From an uncultured Actinomycetota bacterium (GTDB taxonomy: Bacteria; Actinomycetota; Actinomycetes; JAHEKZ01): a DNA stretch of 64,000 nucleotides. Position 1 is the stretch's first letter, and the number at the start of each line of letters is the position of its first letter. The stretch covers positions 369,130 to 433,129 of the forward strand of contig CAVSCR010000005.1 of assembly GCA_963726575.1 (NCBI GenBank), in the 5' to 3' direction. Below are positions 50,121 to 60,261 of this stretch, piece after piece. The position numbers and the translations under genes were made by a program. The notes beneath the pieces are model-generated. The model did no database searches. It saw only the letters and a program-made list of their open reading frames with translations, and was not told where the DNA came from.

Positions 50121-51497
50121 CTATGCGCGCCTGCGCTTCTCGCGGACCTTGACGTTGACGTGAAGCGGCGATCCCTCGAAACCGAAGTCCTCCCGAAGGC
50201 GCCGCTCGACGTAACGCACGTAGCCGGGATCGAGTCGTCCGCTGGCGAAAAGGACGAACGTCGGCGGTCGGACTCCGGCCTGGGTGGCGAACAGAACACG
50301 AGGCTGTTTGCCACCACGCACCGGATGCGGGTGTTCGGCGACCAGGCGGCCCAGAAAGGCATTGAGGCGCGCCGTCGGGATACGCGTGCACCACCCCTCC
50401 AGCGACCGCTCCATGGCGGGCACCAACCGCTCGACGTGACGTCCGGTCGTCGCGCTGATGTTGACGCGGGGTGCCCATGGCACGCGGACCAGCTCCCGCT
50501 CGATCTCACGTTCGAGGTAGTAGCGACGCTCGTCGTCCATCAGGTCCCACTTGTTGTAGGCGATGACGAGCGCGCGACCGGAGTCCACCACCATTGACAC
50601 GATGCGGGTGTCCTGCTCGGTCAACGGTTCGCTGGCATCGATCAGGACCAGAGCGACCTCGGCCTTGTCCAAGGCCGACTGCGTCCGCAGCGTTGCGTAG
50701 TACTCCGAACCTGACGCTTCCTTGGCCCGACGGCGGATGCCGGCGGTGTCCACGAACCGCCAGGGCTGACCGGCGAGCTCCACCAGCTCGTCCACCGGGT
50801 CCACGGTGGTGCCTGCCACCTCGTCGACGACGGCGCGCTCCTCCCCCGCCAGAGCATTGAGCAGGCTGGACTTCCCGACGTTGGGCTTGCCGAGCAACGC
50901 GACGCGGTGGGGACCGGCAACCGGGTCGACCTCGTCGGAGACCGTCGGCAAGGCAGCGAGGATCGCGTCCAGCAGGTCACCGGAGCCTCGGCCGTGCAGG
51001 GCCGACACCGGATGCGGCTCGCCGAGCCCCAGGGACCACAATGCGGAGGCTTCGACCTCCGACCGGGCGTCGTCGACCTTGTTGGCCACCAGGATCACGG
51101 GCTTGCTGGCCCGCCGTAGCACGCGCACCACGGCTTCGTCGGTGTCGGTGGTCCCGACCGTGGCGTCGACGACCAGCAGCACCGCATCCGCCGCCGCCAC
51201 CGCGACCTCGGCCTGGGCGGCCACCCGGGCGGCCAGACCTTGAGCATCCGGTTCCCAGCCGCCGGTGTCGACGACGGTGAACCGGCGGCCCGACCAGAGG
51301 GCGTCGTAGGCGACGCGGTCGCGGGTGACGCCGGGACGATCCTCGACGACCGCCTCGCGCCGACCCAGAATGCGGTTGACCAAAGTCGACTTGCCGACGT
51401 TGGGCCGCCCGACCACGGCCAGCACGGGCAGCAGGACGTTGGGCGGCACCGCATCGTCGGAGTCGAGCGCGACTGCGTGCTGCAGGTCGTCGCTCAC
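50121..51497 (-). CDS. der: Ribosome-biogenesis GTPase Der (EngA), tandem GTPase
   Basis: Two G domains are present (GRPNVGKST and GKPNVGKSS) with a KH-like C-terminus. The GTG start overlaps the cmk stop (GTGA). Confidence 0.9.
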   Translation of the reverse strand: MSDDLQHAVALDSDDAVPPNVLLPVLAVVGRPNVGKSTLVNRILGRREAVVEDRPGVTRDRVAYDALWSGRRFTVVDTGGWEPDAQGLAARVAAQAEVAVAAADAVLLVVDATVGTTDTDEAVVRVLRRASKPVILVANKVDDARSEVEASALWSLGLGEPHPVSALHGRGSGDLLDAILAALPTVSDEVDPVAGPHRVALLGKPNVGKSSLLNALAGEERAVVDEVAGTTVDPVDELVELAGQPWRFVDTAGIRRRAKEASGSEYYATLRTQSALDKAEVALVLIDASEPLTEQDTRIVSMVVDSGRALVIAYNKWDLMDDERRYYLEREIERELVRVPWAPRVNISATTGRHVERLVPAMERSLEGWCTRIPTARLNAFLGRLVAEHPHPVRGGKQPRVLFATQAGVRPPTFVLFASGRLDPGYVRYVERRLREDFGFEGSPLHVNVKVREKRRRA

Positions 51498-52222
51498 CGC
51501 GGTTCGGCCTCGACCTGACGCTCGTGGTCCGCCACCAGGTCCAGAACGCGCTGGGCCACCTCGTCGACGCTCAGGCCCGTCGAGTCGATCTCGACGGCAT
51601 CATCGGCCTGGCTGAGCGGGGACTCGACGCGAGAGGAGTCCAGGTGGTCCCGACGGGCCAGATCGGCCTGCGTCGCCGCGATCGCCTCGGCCGAGTGGAC
51701 CGAGACGCCCGGGAGCTCCGCGGAGCGGCGTGAGGCACGCACGGTGACGTCGGCGGTGAGGAAGACCTTCACAGCGGCGTCGGGGACCACTGTGGTGCCG
51801 ATGTCGCGACCTTCCAGGACCGCGCCACCGGGGTCGGCGATCTCCCGCTGGATCCGCACCAGCAACGCCCGCACCTCGGCAACGGCGCTGACCGCGCTGA
51901 CCGCCGCGGTGACGTCGGCATCGCGGATGTGGCTGGTCACGTCCCGACCGTCCACGACCACCCCGGGATGGTCGGGATCGGTGGTCACCACCAGCGACGG
52001 GGCCGTCGCAGGGTCACCGACCAGGCCGGCAACTGCGGCGGCGTCGAAGACGTCGACGCCCCGGTCGAGCAGCCAGCGGGTGACCGCGCGATACATGGAG
52101 CCAGTGTCGACATATCGGTAGCCGAGCCGGCGGGCCACCTCACGTGCGGTGGTCGACTTGCCCGAGCCGGAAGGGCCGTCGACGGCCACCACCAGAGCCG
52201 GGCGGTCAGGGGCCTCGCGCAC
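51494..52222 (-). CDS. cmk: Cytidylate kinase
   Basis: A P-loop ([11 protein letters not shown]) and full-length Cmk similarity are present. Confidence 0.9.
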   Translation of the reverse strand: MREAPDRPALVVAVDGPSGSGKSTTAREVARRLGYRYVDTGSMYRAVTRWLLDRGVDVFDAAAVAGLVGDPATAPSLVVTTDPDHPGVVVDGRDVTSHIRDADVTAAVSAVSAVAEVRALLVRIQREIADPGGAVLEGRDIGTTVVPDAAVKVFLTADVTVRASRRSAELPGVSVHSAEAIAATQADLARRDHLDSSRVESPLSQADDAVEIDSTGLSVDEVAQRVLDLVADHERQVEAEPR

Positions 52223-52276
52223 GCGGTCTCCTGGAGGTTGGCGAGAGCTGTCGCGGCAGGGTACCTGCGATCCGGG

Positions 52277-53437
52277 CTAGTGGACCCGCCAGCCCGCGCG
52301 GTGCAAGGCGTCGGACAGGCGGTCGGCCAGCTCTGGTCGCACCGACAGCTCCACGAGCCCGACCGGCTGGCCGGGCGCATGCTCGATGCCGACGTCCTCG
52401 ACGTTCACCCCCGCCTCCCCCGCCGCCAGGAACAGCCGCGCCAGGGCGCCCGGCTCGTCGGGGATCACCACCGGGACCACCACGTAGGGAACCGCGACGC
52501 TGCCGTGCTTGCCGGGCAGGCGTTGACGCCCCTCGTTCCCCTGCTGCAGCGCGAGGTGCACGACCGAAGCCGCCGATTGAAGGACTTCTTGATTTATCGA
52601 TGTACCGATAGGCCCGTTTACCTCTTCTTCGATATCTCGAGATGTCGGGGCATCGCTGGATCGAGTCAGCGACTCCAACGCCTCCTGCACCGAAGCAAGC
52701 CGATCGATCACCTGGGCCAAGGTGGCCGCTACCGGCCCCGCGTTGGCGGTGAGGATCTCGACCCAAAGATCAGCGTCGGACCCGGCGATGCGGGTCATGT
52801 CCCGGATCCCAGGGCCGGACAGGTCGAGCGTCAGCGCGTCGGCGCCGCGCAGCTGGGCCGCCAAGGCCGATGCCACCACTTGCGGCCCGTGGGACACGAC
52901 GGCGACGGCTCGGTCGTGGGCCGCCGCCGACATCTCCACCGGCTCGGCGCCGACCTCGCGCACCAGCTGCCGGATCCGTTCGAGGTGCTCGACCTGGGTG
53001 AACTCCCCGCTCGTCAGCACCCAGGGACGGCCGGCGAACAAGTCGCCCCGAGCCGCCTGAGGACCCGAGCGTTCCCGCCCGGCCATCGGGTGTCCCCCGA
53101 CGAATCGGTCGCGAGCGTCTACATCTTGCTGTATCTCCACTAGAACTTGAGACTTGACGCTGGCCATATCGCTAATGCTAGCCCTGGGATATAGTCGACT
53201 GTAGGTACTTACGACTGATGGGACCGATTTCGGAGGAACAGCGACCATGACGACATCCGGTGAGCCCCGCGGTGGCGTTGCACTCCCGGCCCCCAGGTCC
53301 ACGGCCAGTCGCAACCGGCGGCTGTCGGGGTCGACGAGGTGCACAGCCGGCTCTCCTGGGAGCGAGCGCAGGGCCAGTCCCAGGGACGTGCCCAGGAGCC
53401 CCGCGCCGACGACCACGACCTGCTGCGCAGCCGTCAC
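52277..53437 (-). CDS. tyrA: Prephenate dehydrogenase
   Basis: A Rossmann motif (VVVVGAGLLGTSLG) and the PDH catalytic region (HPMAGRERSG) are present, with a C-terminal ACT-like domain. The GTG start overlaps the chorismate mutase stop. Confidence 0.8.
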   Translation of the reverse strand: MTAAQQVVVVGAGLLGTSLGLALRSLPGEPAVHLVDPDSRRLRLAVDLGAGSATPPRGSPDVVMVAVPPKSVPSVVSTYSRLYPRASISDMASVKSQVLVEIQQDVDARDRFVGGHPMAGRERSGPQAARGDLFAGRPWVLTSGEFTQVEHLERIRQLVREVGAEPVEMSAAAHDRAVAVVSHGPQVVASALAAQLRGADALTLDLSGPGIRDMTRIAGSDADLWVEILTANAGPVAATLAQVIDRLASVQEALESLTRSSDAPTSRDIEEEVNGPIGTSINQEVLQSAASVVHLALQQGNEGRQRLPGKHGSVAVPYVVVPVVIPDEPGALARLFLAAGEAGVNVEDVGIEHAPGQPVGLVELSVRPELADRLSDALHRAGWRVH

Positions 53438-53796
53438 TGCGCCAAGTCCTTTCGCAGGACTTCGGCTCCGCGCAGGTACACGTGGGCCACACCGCCGCGC
53501 GGCAACGACGTGTGCGCCCAGGCCATGATCCGGATGATGCGGTGGGGAGCCCCCACGACGTCGATCTCCTGGGCGCACAGCAAGGGGACGTCCCCGATCC
53601 CGACACTGCGCGCAGCGGCGGCCGGGAAGTCCGAGCGGAGGTCGGGGGTGGAGGTGAAGACGATGCTGATCAGGTCGTCGGTGGTCAGGCCGTTGCGACC
53701 AAGGACCTCGTCGAGGAGCTCCCCCACCGCTGCTGCCATCTCGTCGGGGTCGTCGGCCTGGAGCTGGGTCGCCCCCCGAAAGGCCCGGACCGCCAA
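53434..53796 (-). CDS. aroH: AroH-class monofunctional chorismate mutase
   Basis: The sequence aligns to B. subtilis AroH (RAFRGAT..., TPDL, HVYL). It appears to use a TTG start. Confidence 0.75.
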   Translation of the reverse strand: MAVRAFRGATQLQADDPDEMAAAVGELLDEVLGRNGLTTDDLISIVFTSTPDLRSDFPAAAARSVGIGDVPLLCAQEIDVVGAPHRIIRIMAWAHTSLPRGGVAHVYLRGAEVLRKDLAQ

Positions 53797-54231
53797 GACG
53801 CTTCCTCGCTCTCTCGTCTCACCGCTTCATCGGCTCGTCACCCTAGCGATCTCACGCTACATCGGGAAGCCGACGTGCCGGGAGATCGCTGAATCTCGAT
53901 ACCCGTTCATGAACTTAACGAGTCAACAGTTCAGCGCTATACCGTTTCACCGATATGTCTATGAATCGAGAGCCGCTCGATGCCCGCAAACGACGCGGCC
54001 CCGGACCCATCAGCTGTCGACAAGTCGATCGGTACACCGCAGTGACCTGCGGGAATCATTCCGGAATGGGGCCACAGCGGGATGCCGGCCAGTGGCGCCC
54101 ATGGCGATTTGTCGACTGGCCGCCGTAGACAGGTTGCCTACGACTCATCGGGTTAGCGCTTGAGTAATTTGTCGATCAACCGTTAGGGCTGTCCGGTCAC
54201 CGCCGCCCACCTCATCGCCCGCCGCCCGCCG

Positions 54232-54969
54232 CTACAGGTCGACCACGGCGTACAGAGCGGCTACCTCGGCCCGGTTCAAGCTACGTGTGCGGCCGGCTCG
54301 AAGGTCCCCCAGGGCGACCGGGCCCTGGCGCAGCCGCACCAACCGCGTCACCGGATGGCCCACCTCGGCCAGCATCCGGCGCACGATGTGGTTGCGGCCT
54401 TCATGGATCTCCAGCTCCACCTGGGCTCGGGTTCCCTGCGTCGCCACCACCCGGAACCGGTCGACCTTGGCCGGTCCGTCCTCGAGCTCGACACCCGCCC
54501 GAAGCCGGCGTCCGACTCCAGCGGCGACCGGTCCGGGCACCTCGGCCAGGTACCGCTTGGCAACGCCGTAGGAGGGGTGGGCCAGCCGGTGGGCCAGCTC
54601 GCCGTCGTTGGTGAGCAGGAGCAGGCCCTCGGTGTCGGCGTCGAGCCGCCCGACGTGAAACAACCGGGGGCCGGCGTCGGCGACCAGATCGCCGACGCAC
54701 GGTCGTCCTCGCGCGTCCGACATGGCGCTGAGCACCCCTCGCGGCTTGTTCAGCGCCAGATACACCGCACCGGGCCTTACAGCCAGTCGCTGGCCGTCCA
54801 CGCGCACGACGGCGCTGTCAGGATCGACCCGCCGGCCGAGCCGGGCGACCTCACCGTCGACGCTCACCCGGCCCGCGGCGATCAGTTCCTCGCAGGCACG
54901 CCGACTTCCCAGCCCTACCTGGGCCAGAACCTTCTGCAGACGCACGCCTTGTGCACTGTCCTGTGACAT
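54232..54969 (-). CDS. rluB: rRNA pseudouridine synthase (RluB/RsuA family)
   Basis: An S4 domain (LQKVLAQVGLGSRRACEELIAAGRVSVDG) precedes the RsuA catalytic motif (HVGRLDADTEGLLLLTNDG). The start is assigned to an internal Met. Confidence 0.85.
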   Translation of the reverse strand: MSQDSAQGVRLQKVLAQVGLGSRRACEELIAAGRVSVDGEVARLGRRVDPDSAVVRVDGQRLAVRPGAVYLALNKPRGVLSAMSDARGRPCVGDLVADAGPRLFHVGRLDADTEGLLLLTNDGELAHRLAHPSYGVAKRYLAEVPGPVAAGVGRRLRAGVELEDGPAKVDRFRVVATQGTRAQVELEIHEGRNHIVRRMLAEVGHPVTRLVRLRQGPVALGDLRAGRTRSLNRAEVAALYAVVDL

Positions 54970-54991
54970 AGACTGAACCTCAGAATGAGAG

Positions 54992-55594
54992 TCAGACGAG
55001 ATCGGACTCGAGTGCATCGACCTCGGGCAGGAACGGGGCTAGAGCCGGCAGGTCGTCGAGGGACGCCACGCCGAGCCGCTCCAGGAAGTAGTGAGTGGTG
55101 CGGTAGAGGTGGGCGCCGGTCTCGGGCTCGGTCCCCACCTCCTCGATGAGTCCCCGCAGCGTCAGGGTGCGGATCACGCCGTCGACGTTGACCCCACGGA
55201 CGGCGGAGATCCGGGCGCGAGTCACGGGCTGCTGGTAGGCGATCACGGCGAGGGTCTCCAAGGAGGCCTGGGTGAGCCGTGCCTGCTGCCCGTCACGCAC
55301 GAACCGTTCCACGACTGCCGCACAGTCGGGAGCGCTGTAGAAGCGCCATCCACCGGCCACCTCACGCAGGTCGAACCCGCGTTCTTGCTGCACGTACTCC
55401 CCCGCCAGGTCGGTCAGCGCCTGGGCCACCTGGTCGGTGGTGACGTCGAGCGCCTGGGCAAGGGACACGGTCGCGATGGGCTCGTCAACGACCATGAGCA
55501 CGGCCTCCAGCGCCGCCTTCACCGAGGGGTAGACCGGCCCGGCTGCGGCGTCCTCGTCGGCGTCGCTCGGTGGCGTGCTCGGGGTCTCGCTCAC
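54992..55594 (-). CDS. scpB: Segregation and condensation protein B
   Basis: ScpB winged-helix repeats are present. The gene follows scpA with an overlap. Confidence 0.85.
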   Translation of the reverse strand: MSETPSTPPSDADEDAAAGPVYPSVKAALEAVLMVVDEPIATVSLAQALDVTTDQVAQALTDLAGEYVQQERGFDLREVAGGWRFYSAPDCAAVVERFVRDGQQARLTQASLETLAVIAYQQPVTRARISAVRGVNVDGVIRTLTLRGLIEEVGTEPETGAHLYRTTHYFLERLGVASLDDLPALAPFLPEVDALESDLV

Positions 55595-56490
55595 AGCTCG
55601 TCTCCTTGGGCCCTGCTCGACTCGTTCGACTCATCGTCTTGGGGGTCGCCGTCGAACTCGTCGTGCACGTCCAACGACCCCTCCTCGGCACCCGTCCAGC
55701 GAACCGTGAGCTCGCCCATGGGCTGCATCTGATCGAACGCCACGGCAGCCTCCCGGTACAACTCCAGCAGCGCCAGGAACCGAGCCACGACGACCACAGT
55801 GTCCTCGGCGTCGGCCACCAGCACCCGGAAGCTCAGCGTGCGCGCCCGGCGCAGCCGCTCGACCAGGAGGGCTGCCTGATCCCGCACGCTCACGCGGGGC
55901 GCGTGGATGTGGGTGATCGACACCACCGGTTCCGGCCGGGGCGCCATTGCCCGAGCCGCGAGTGCGGCAAACGCGTCAGGGCCAAGGCCGATCAGCACCT
56001 CGGGCAACAGTTGGGCCAGGGTGGGTTCCAGGTCTGCCACGCGCGGGTACCGACGCCCGGCGTCTGCCATCCGCCGGGCCAGGTCCGCCGACACGTCCTT
56101 GTAGGCCCGGTACTGGAGCAACCGGGCGAACAGCAGATCCCTGGCCTCCAAGAGGGCCAGGTCGTCCTCGTCCTCGACGTCGCCGGCCGGAAGCAGCCGG
56201 GCTGCCTTGAGGTCGAGCAGGGTGGCCGCCACCACCAGGAAGTGGGTGGCTGCCTCCAGGTCCCAGTCGTCGCCGCGAGCCCGGATGTAGCCGATGAACT
56301 CGTCTGTGACCTGCGACAACGCCACTTCGGTCACGTCGAGCTTGTGTTTGGCGATCAGGCCCAGCAGCAGGTCGAACGGGCCCTCGAAGTTGTCCAGGTG
56401 GACCGCGAAGCCCTCCGGTGCCGTGGCCAGCTCCAGGGAGTCCGTGGCAGCCGAAACCGCCGGAACGGCTCCGGCCACGGTGGGGGTCAC
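55591..56490 (-). CDS. scpA: Segregation and condensation protein A
   Basis: The ScpA N-terminus is present (LDNFEGPFDLLLGLIAKHKLDVTEVALSQV). Confidence 0.85.
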   Translation of the reverse strand: MTPTVAGAVPAVSAATDSLELATAPEGFAVHLDNFEGPFDLLLGLIAKHKLDVTEVALSQVTDEFIGYIRARGDDWDLEAATHFLVVAATLLDLKAARLLPAGDVEDEDDLALLEARDLLFARLLQYRAYKDVSADLARRMADAGRRYPRVADLEPTLAQLLPEVLIGLGPDAFAALAARAMAPRPEPVVSITHIHAPRVSVRDQAALLVERLRRARTLSFRVLVADAEDTVVVVARFLALLELYREAAVAFDQMQPMGELTVRWTGAEEGSLDVHDEFDGDPQDDESNESSRAQGDEL

Positions 56491-56541
56491 GGCGAAACGG
56501 TAGCCCAGGCGGCTACCGCGTCGGAGCAGGCTGCTCCTGGG

Positions 56542-57012
56542 TCAGGTGTCCAGCAGCCGGCGCACGAGAATGCTGTTGTCGCCCTTGGCATCGAGGTCGG
56601 CCAGCACGATCGCCACGGACTCGCGCACGATGCGCCCCCGGTCGACCTTCAGCCCGTTGGCACCGAACAGGTCCATGCGCGCCCGCTCGAGATCCATCAG
56701 CTCCTCCGGCGACAGGTAGACCGTGATCTTCTCCTCGTGCAGCTCCCGCCCTGAGGGTCGGCGGTCCGCCGCGCGGCCGCGACGCGGCCGGCGTCCACGG
56801 CGAACTCCCGGCGCGGCGGAGGTCTCGTGACCGCTGCTGACGTCGTGATCCTGGGCGGGTTGGGAGGCCGGTGTGGTTGCTGGCACGGCCGCAAGGGCAG
56901 GTGCGACCGCAAGGGCAGCGGCCGCCGATGGAGTGGCGGTGGCATCGCCCAGCTCCCCCGAGGTCGTGCGGAACAGCTCATCGGCGCCGGGCAGGGTGGG
57001 TCGTCGGCTCAT
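56542..57012 (-). CDS. Hypothetical protein (Ala/Pro-rich N-terminus, basic central tract, conserved C-terminal region)
   Basis: The 156-aa ORF is coupled to parA (the stop overlaps the parA start region). No recognisable domain was found. Confidence 0.4.
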   Translation of the reverse strand: MSRRPTLPGADELFRTTSGELGDATATPSAAAALAVAPALAAVPATTPASQPAQDHDVSSGHETSAAPGVRRGRRPRRGRAADRRPSGRELHEEKITVYLSPEELMDLERARMDLFGANGLKVDRGRIVRESVAIVLADLDAKGDNSILVRRLLDT

Positions 57013-57875
57013 CGGGCCAGAACCTCCTTGGCGAGCTGCCGGTAGGCAGCAGCGCCGCTCGAGCTGGACGCGTAGCTGGTGATGGGCTCGCCAGCGACAG
57101 TGGTCTCGGGAAACTTCACGGTGCGGGCGATGACGGTGTGGAAGACCTTGTCGCCGAACGCCTCCACCACTCGGGCCAGGACTTCCCGGCCGTGGATGGT
57201 GCGAGCGTCATACATAGTTGCTAGAATCCCCTCAAGTTCCAGTTGAGGGTTAAGCCGTTCTTGCACTTTGTAGATGGTGTCCATGAGCAACGCGACGCCC
57301 CTCAGTGCGAAGAACTCGCACTCCAACGGGATGATCACGCCGTGAGCCGCGGTCAGCGCGTTCACGGTCAGCAGCCCCAGCGAGGGCTGACAGTCGATGA
57401 GGATGTGGTCGTAGTCCGCCAGGACCGGCGTCAGGGCCCGCCCCAGGGTCTGCTCCCTGGCCACCTCGCCCACCAGCTGTACCTCGGCCGCGGACAGGTC
57501 GATGTTGCTCGGCATCAGGTCCAAGCCGGCCACATTGGTCTTGAGCAAGACGTCTTCGGCACCGACGTCGTCGTCCATCAGCAGGTTGTAGACGGTCTTG
57601 TCCAGCTCGTGCGGACTCACGCCCAGACCGACCGACAGGGCCCCCTGCGGGTCGAAGTCGACCAGCAGCACCCGGCGCCCCAGCTCGGCGATGGCCGCAC
57701 CCAAGTTGATGGTGGTGGTGGTCTTGCCGACCCCACCCTTCTGGTTGCACATCGCGATGATGCGGGCCGGTCCGTGGTCCACCAGATCCGGCGGCTCGGG
57801 CAGCTTCGGCATCGGACGACCGGTGGGGCCGAGCGCAGGAGCCTCGGCTGATCCGGTGGATGTCGACATATCCAC
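57009..57875 (-). CDS. parA: ParA/Soj-family partitioning ATPase
   Basis: A deviant Walker A motif is present (MCNQKGGVGKTTTTINLG). Confidence 0.85.
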   Translation of the reverse strand: MDMSTSTGSAEAPALGPTGRPMPKLPEPPDLVDHGPARIIAMCNQKGGVGKTTTTINLGAAIAELGRRVLLVDFDPQGALSVGLGVSPHELDKTVYNLLMDDDVGAEDVLLKTNVAGLDLMPSNIDLSAAEVQLVGEVAREQTLGRALTPVLADYDHILIDCQPSLGLLTVNALTAAHGVIIPLECEFFALRGVALLMDTIYKVQERLNPQLELEGILATMYDARTIHGREVLARVVEAFGDKVFHTVIARTVKFPETTVAGEPITSYASSSSGAAAYRQLAKEVLAR

Positions 57876-58016
57876 AGATCGTTCTACCTCTCAGGTGACT
57901 CCACGACAGGTCGGCATAGCGGCGACCGACGCCGGACTCTAGGCGCTGCTGAGCAGTTCGGCAAGGGCTAGGCCCGTGACCTGCGGTGATGCGACGCTTC
58001 CCCCAGTCACCAGCGG

Positions 58017-58982
58017 TCAGTCGCGGGCGCGCGGGTGGGCGGCTGCGAACACCTCACGCAGCCGGTCCACCGTGACCAACGTGTAGATCTGAGTGGTGGC
58101 CACGGAGGCGTGGCCCAGCAGTTCTTGCACCACGCGGACGTCGGCCCCGCCGTCGAGCAGGTGGGTCGCGAAGCTGTGGCGCAGCGTGTGGGGCGAGACG
58201 GCTACCGACAGACCGGCGGCCTCGCCTGCGGTGCGCAGCACCGTCCAGGCACTCTGGCGGGAGAGGCGGCCACCGCGTCGGTTGACGAAGACCGCCGCGG
58301 TGCCGGTACCGGGAGCCACGAGCCCCGGCCGACCGCGGACCAGGTACCCGTCCAGGGCCGACAGGGCGTACCGGCCCAGCGGCACCACCCGGTCCTTGCC
58401 GCCCTTGCCGCGAAGGCGCACCGAGGCCGACACGAGGTCGAGGTCGTCCAGATCGAGCCCGACCGCCTCGGAGATCCGTGCTCCGGTGCCGTAGAGCACC
58501 TCGAGCAGCGCTCGGTCGCGCAGGGACTGGGGGGCCTCCCCTGCCCCGGCAGCGGCCAGCAGAGCCTCGACCTGGCCCACCGAGATCGCCTTGGGGAGTC
58601 GCTTGGGAGCCGCGGGTGGCTTCACCCGCGCCGAGGGGTCGTCGTCGGTCAGCCCTTCGCGCAGGGCGAAGCGGTGGAAGCCCCGGACGGCGACGACGGC
58701 GCGCGCCGCCGAGGTGGCGGACAACGCTGGGTGGTCGGCGGAGCCTTCGCGCAGCCACACGAGGAAGTCGTTGACCAAGCCCTGCGTGACCTGCCCGGGT
58801 TGGTCGATCCCGTGGGACGCCGCGAAGTCGAGGTAGCGGCGCAGGTCGCGCCGGTACGACGTCAAGGAGTTCTTGGCCAGCCCCCGTTCCACGGCAAGGT
58901 GGTCCAGGTAGCCGCGCACGGCGCGGGCCAGACCGGTGCGCTGGTCCAACGGATCGGCCGGTTGCGCTCCTGCGTCGACCAC
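58017..58982 (-). CDS. xerD: Site-specific tyrosine recombinase XerD
   Basis: The Xer catalytic residues are present (R...[12 protein letters not shown]...Y in [15 protein letters not shown]). Its conserved position is next to parA/ald. Confidence 0.85.
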   Translation of the reverse strand: MVDAGAQPADPLDQRTGLARAVRGYLDHLAVERGLAKNSLTSYRRDLRRYLDFAASHGIDQPGQVTQGLVNDFLVWLREGSADHPALSATSAARAVVAVRGFHRFALREGLTDDDPSARVKPPAAPKRLPKAISVGQVEALLAAAGAGEAPQSLRDRALLEVLYGTGARISEAVGLDLDDLDLVSASVRLRGKGGKDRVVPLGRYALSALDGYLVRGRPGLVAPGTGTAAVFVNRRGGRLSRQSAWTVLRTAGEAAGLSVAVSPHTLRHSFATHLLDGGADVRVVQELLGHASVATTQIYTLVTVDRLREVFAAAHPRARD

Positions 58983-59017
58983 CTCGGGAGCCTACCGAGG
59001 TGATCGGTGGGACTGAG

Positions 59018-60133
59018 TCAGGCGATGAGCTCGTCGACCGACACCCATGGACGGTCGAACGCCTGGGCGACCGCTTCGTAGGTGATGGCGCCTTCGTGGG
59101 TGTTCAGGCCCGGTCGCAGCGCCGCGTTGTTCACCAACGCCTTGCGCCAGCCCTGGTTCGCCAGCTCCACGGCGTACTGCAAGGTGACGTTGGTGAGGGC
59201 GTAGGTAGAGGTGTGCGGCACCGCGCCTGGCATGTTCGCCACGCAGTAGAAGACCGTGTCGTGCACCCGGAAGGTCGGGTCGGCGTGAGTCGTGGGGCGG
59301 GAACCCTCGAAACAGCCGCCCTGGTCGATGCTGATGTCCACCAGCACCGCACCGGACTTCATCCCCGCGACCATGTCGTTGGTGATCAGCTTGGGCGCCT
59401 TCGCGCCAGGTACCAGCACGGCACCGATCACGAGGTCGGCGTCGGCAATCTCCTGCTCGATGGCGTACTGGCTCGACATCAGCGTCTGCAGCCGACCCTG
59501 GTAGAGGCGGTCGACCTCGGCGAGGCGCTTGGCGTTGAGGTCGAGGATCGTCACGTTGGCACCCATCCCCACCGCGATCTGCGCGGCGTTCAGACCCGAA
59601 ACGCCACCGCCCAGCACGACGACCTTGGCAGCCTTCACGCCCGGGACGCCGCCGAGCAGGACGCCGCGGCCACCATTGGCCCGCTGCAACGTGGCCGACC
59701 CCACCTGCGGAGCCATCCGACCGGCCACCTCGGACATGGGCGCCAGGAGCGGCAGCGAACGGTCGGGGAGCTCGACGGTCTCGTAGGCGATCGCGGTGGT
59801 TCCGGAGTCGAGCAAGGCCTGGGTGCACTCCTTGGACGCCGCCAGGTGCAGGTAGGTGAAGAGCACCTGGTCCTTGCGCATCCGGTGGTACTCCTCGGCG
59901 ATGGGCTCCTTGACCTTCAGGATGAGGTCGCCCGTGGCCCAGACCTCGTCGGCGATCGGCAGGATCTTGGCGCCGGCTGCGACGTACTCGTCGTTGCCGA
60001 TCGACGAACCGACCCCGGCGTCGTCCTCGATGTACACCTCGTGGCCGTTGCGGACGAGTTCGTGCACGCCGGCCGGCGTGATGGCGACGCGGTACTCGTG
60101 GTTCTTGACCTCACGGGGGATGCCGACCTTCAC
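59018..60133 (-). CDS. ald: Alanine dehydrogenase
   Basis: The 371-aa product is AlaDH-like (VKVGIPREVKNHEYRVAITPAGV, NAD motif VVVLGGGVSGLNAA). A GTG start is assigned, and the upstream extension of the track ORF was rejected. Confidence 0.85.
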   Translation of the reverse strand: MKVGIPREVKNHEYRVAITPAGVHELVRNGHEVYIEDDAGVGSSIGNDEYVAAGAKILPIADEVWATGDLILKVKEPIAEEYHRMRKDQVLFTYLHLAASKECTQALLDSGTTAIAYETVELPDRSLPLLAPMSEVAGRMAPQVGSATLQRANGGRGVLLGGVPGVKAAKVVVLGGGVSGLNAAQIAVGMGANVTILDLNAKRLAEVDRLYQGRLQTLMSSQYAIEQEIADADLVIGAVLVPGAKAPKLITNDMVAGMKSGAVLVDISIDQGGCFEGSRPTTHADPTFRVHDTVFYCVANMPGAVPHTSTYALTNVTLQYAVELANQGWRKALVNNAALRPGLNTHEGAITYEAVAQAFDRPWVSVDELIA

Positions 60134-60261
60134 GGCGATCAACGTCCTTCTGGCGACAGTGGGCGGCACCGGGACGATCCCTGCCGCACCGGGCGCACGA
60201 CGAGCACGCCAGGCGGGGCCTGAGTGTAACGGCCGTCGCCCGCCGCCACGCGGCGAATGCA

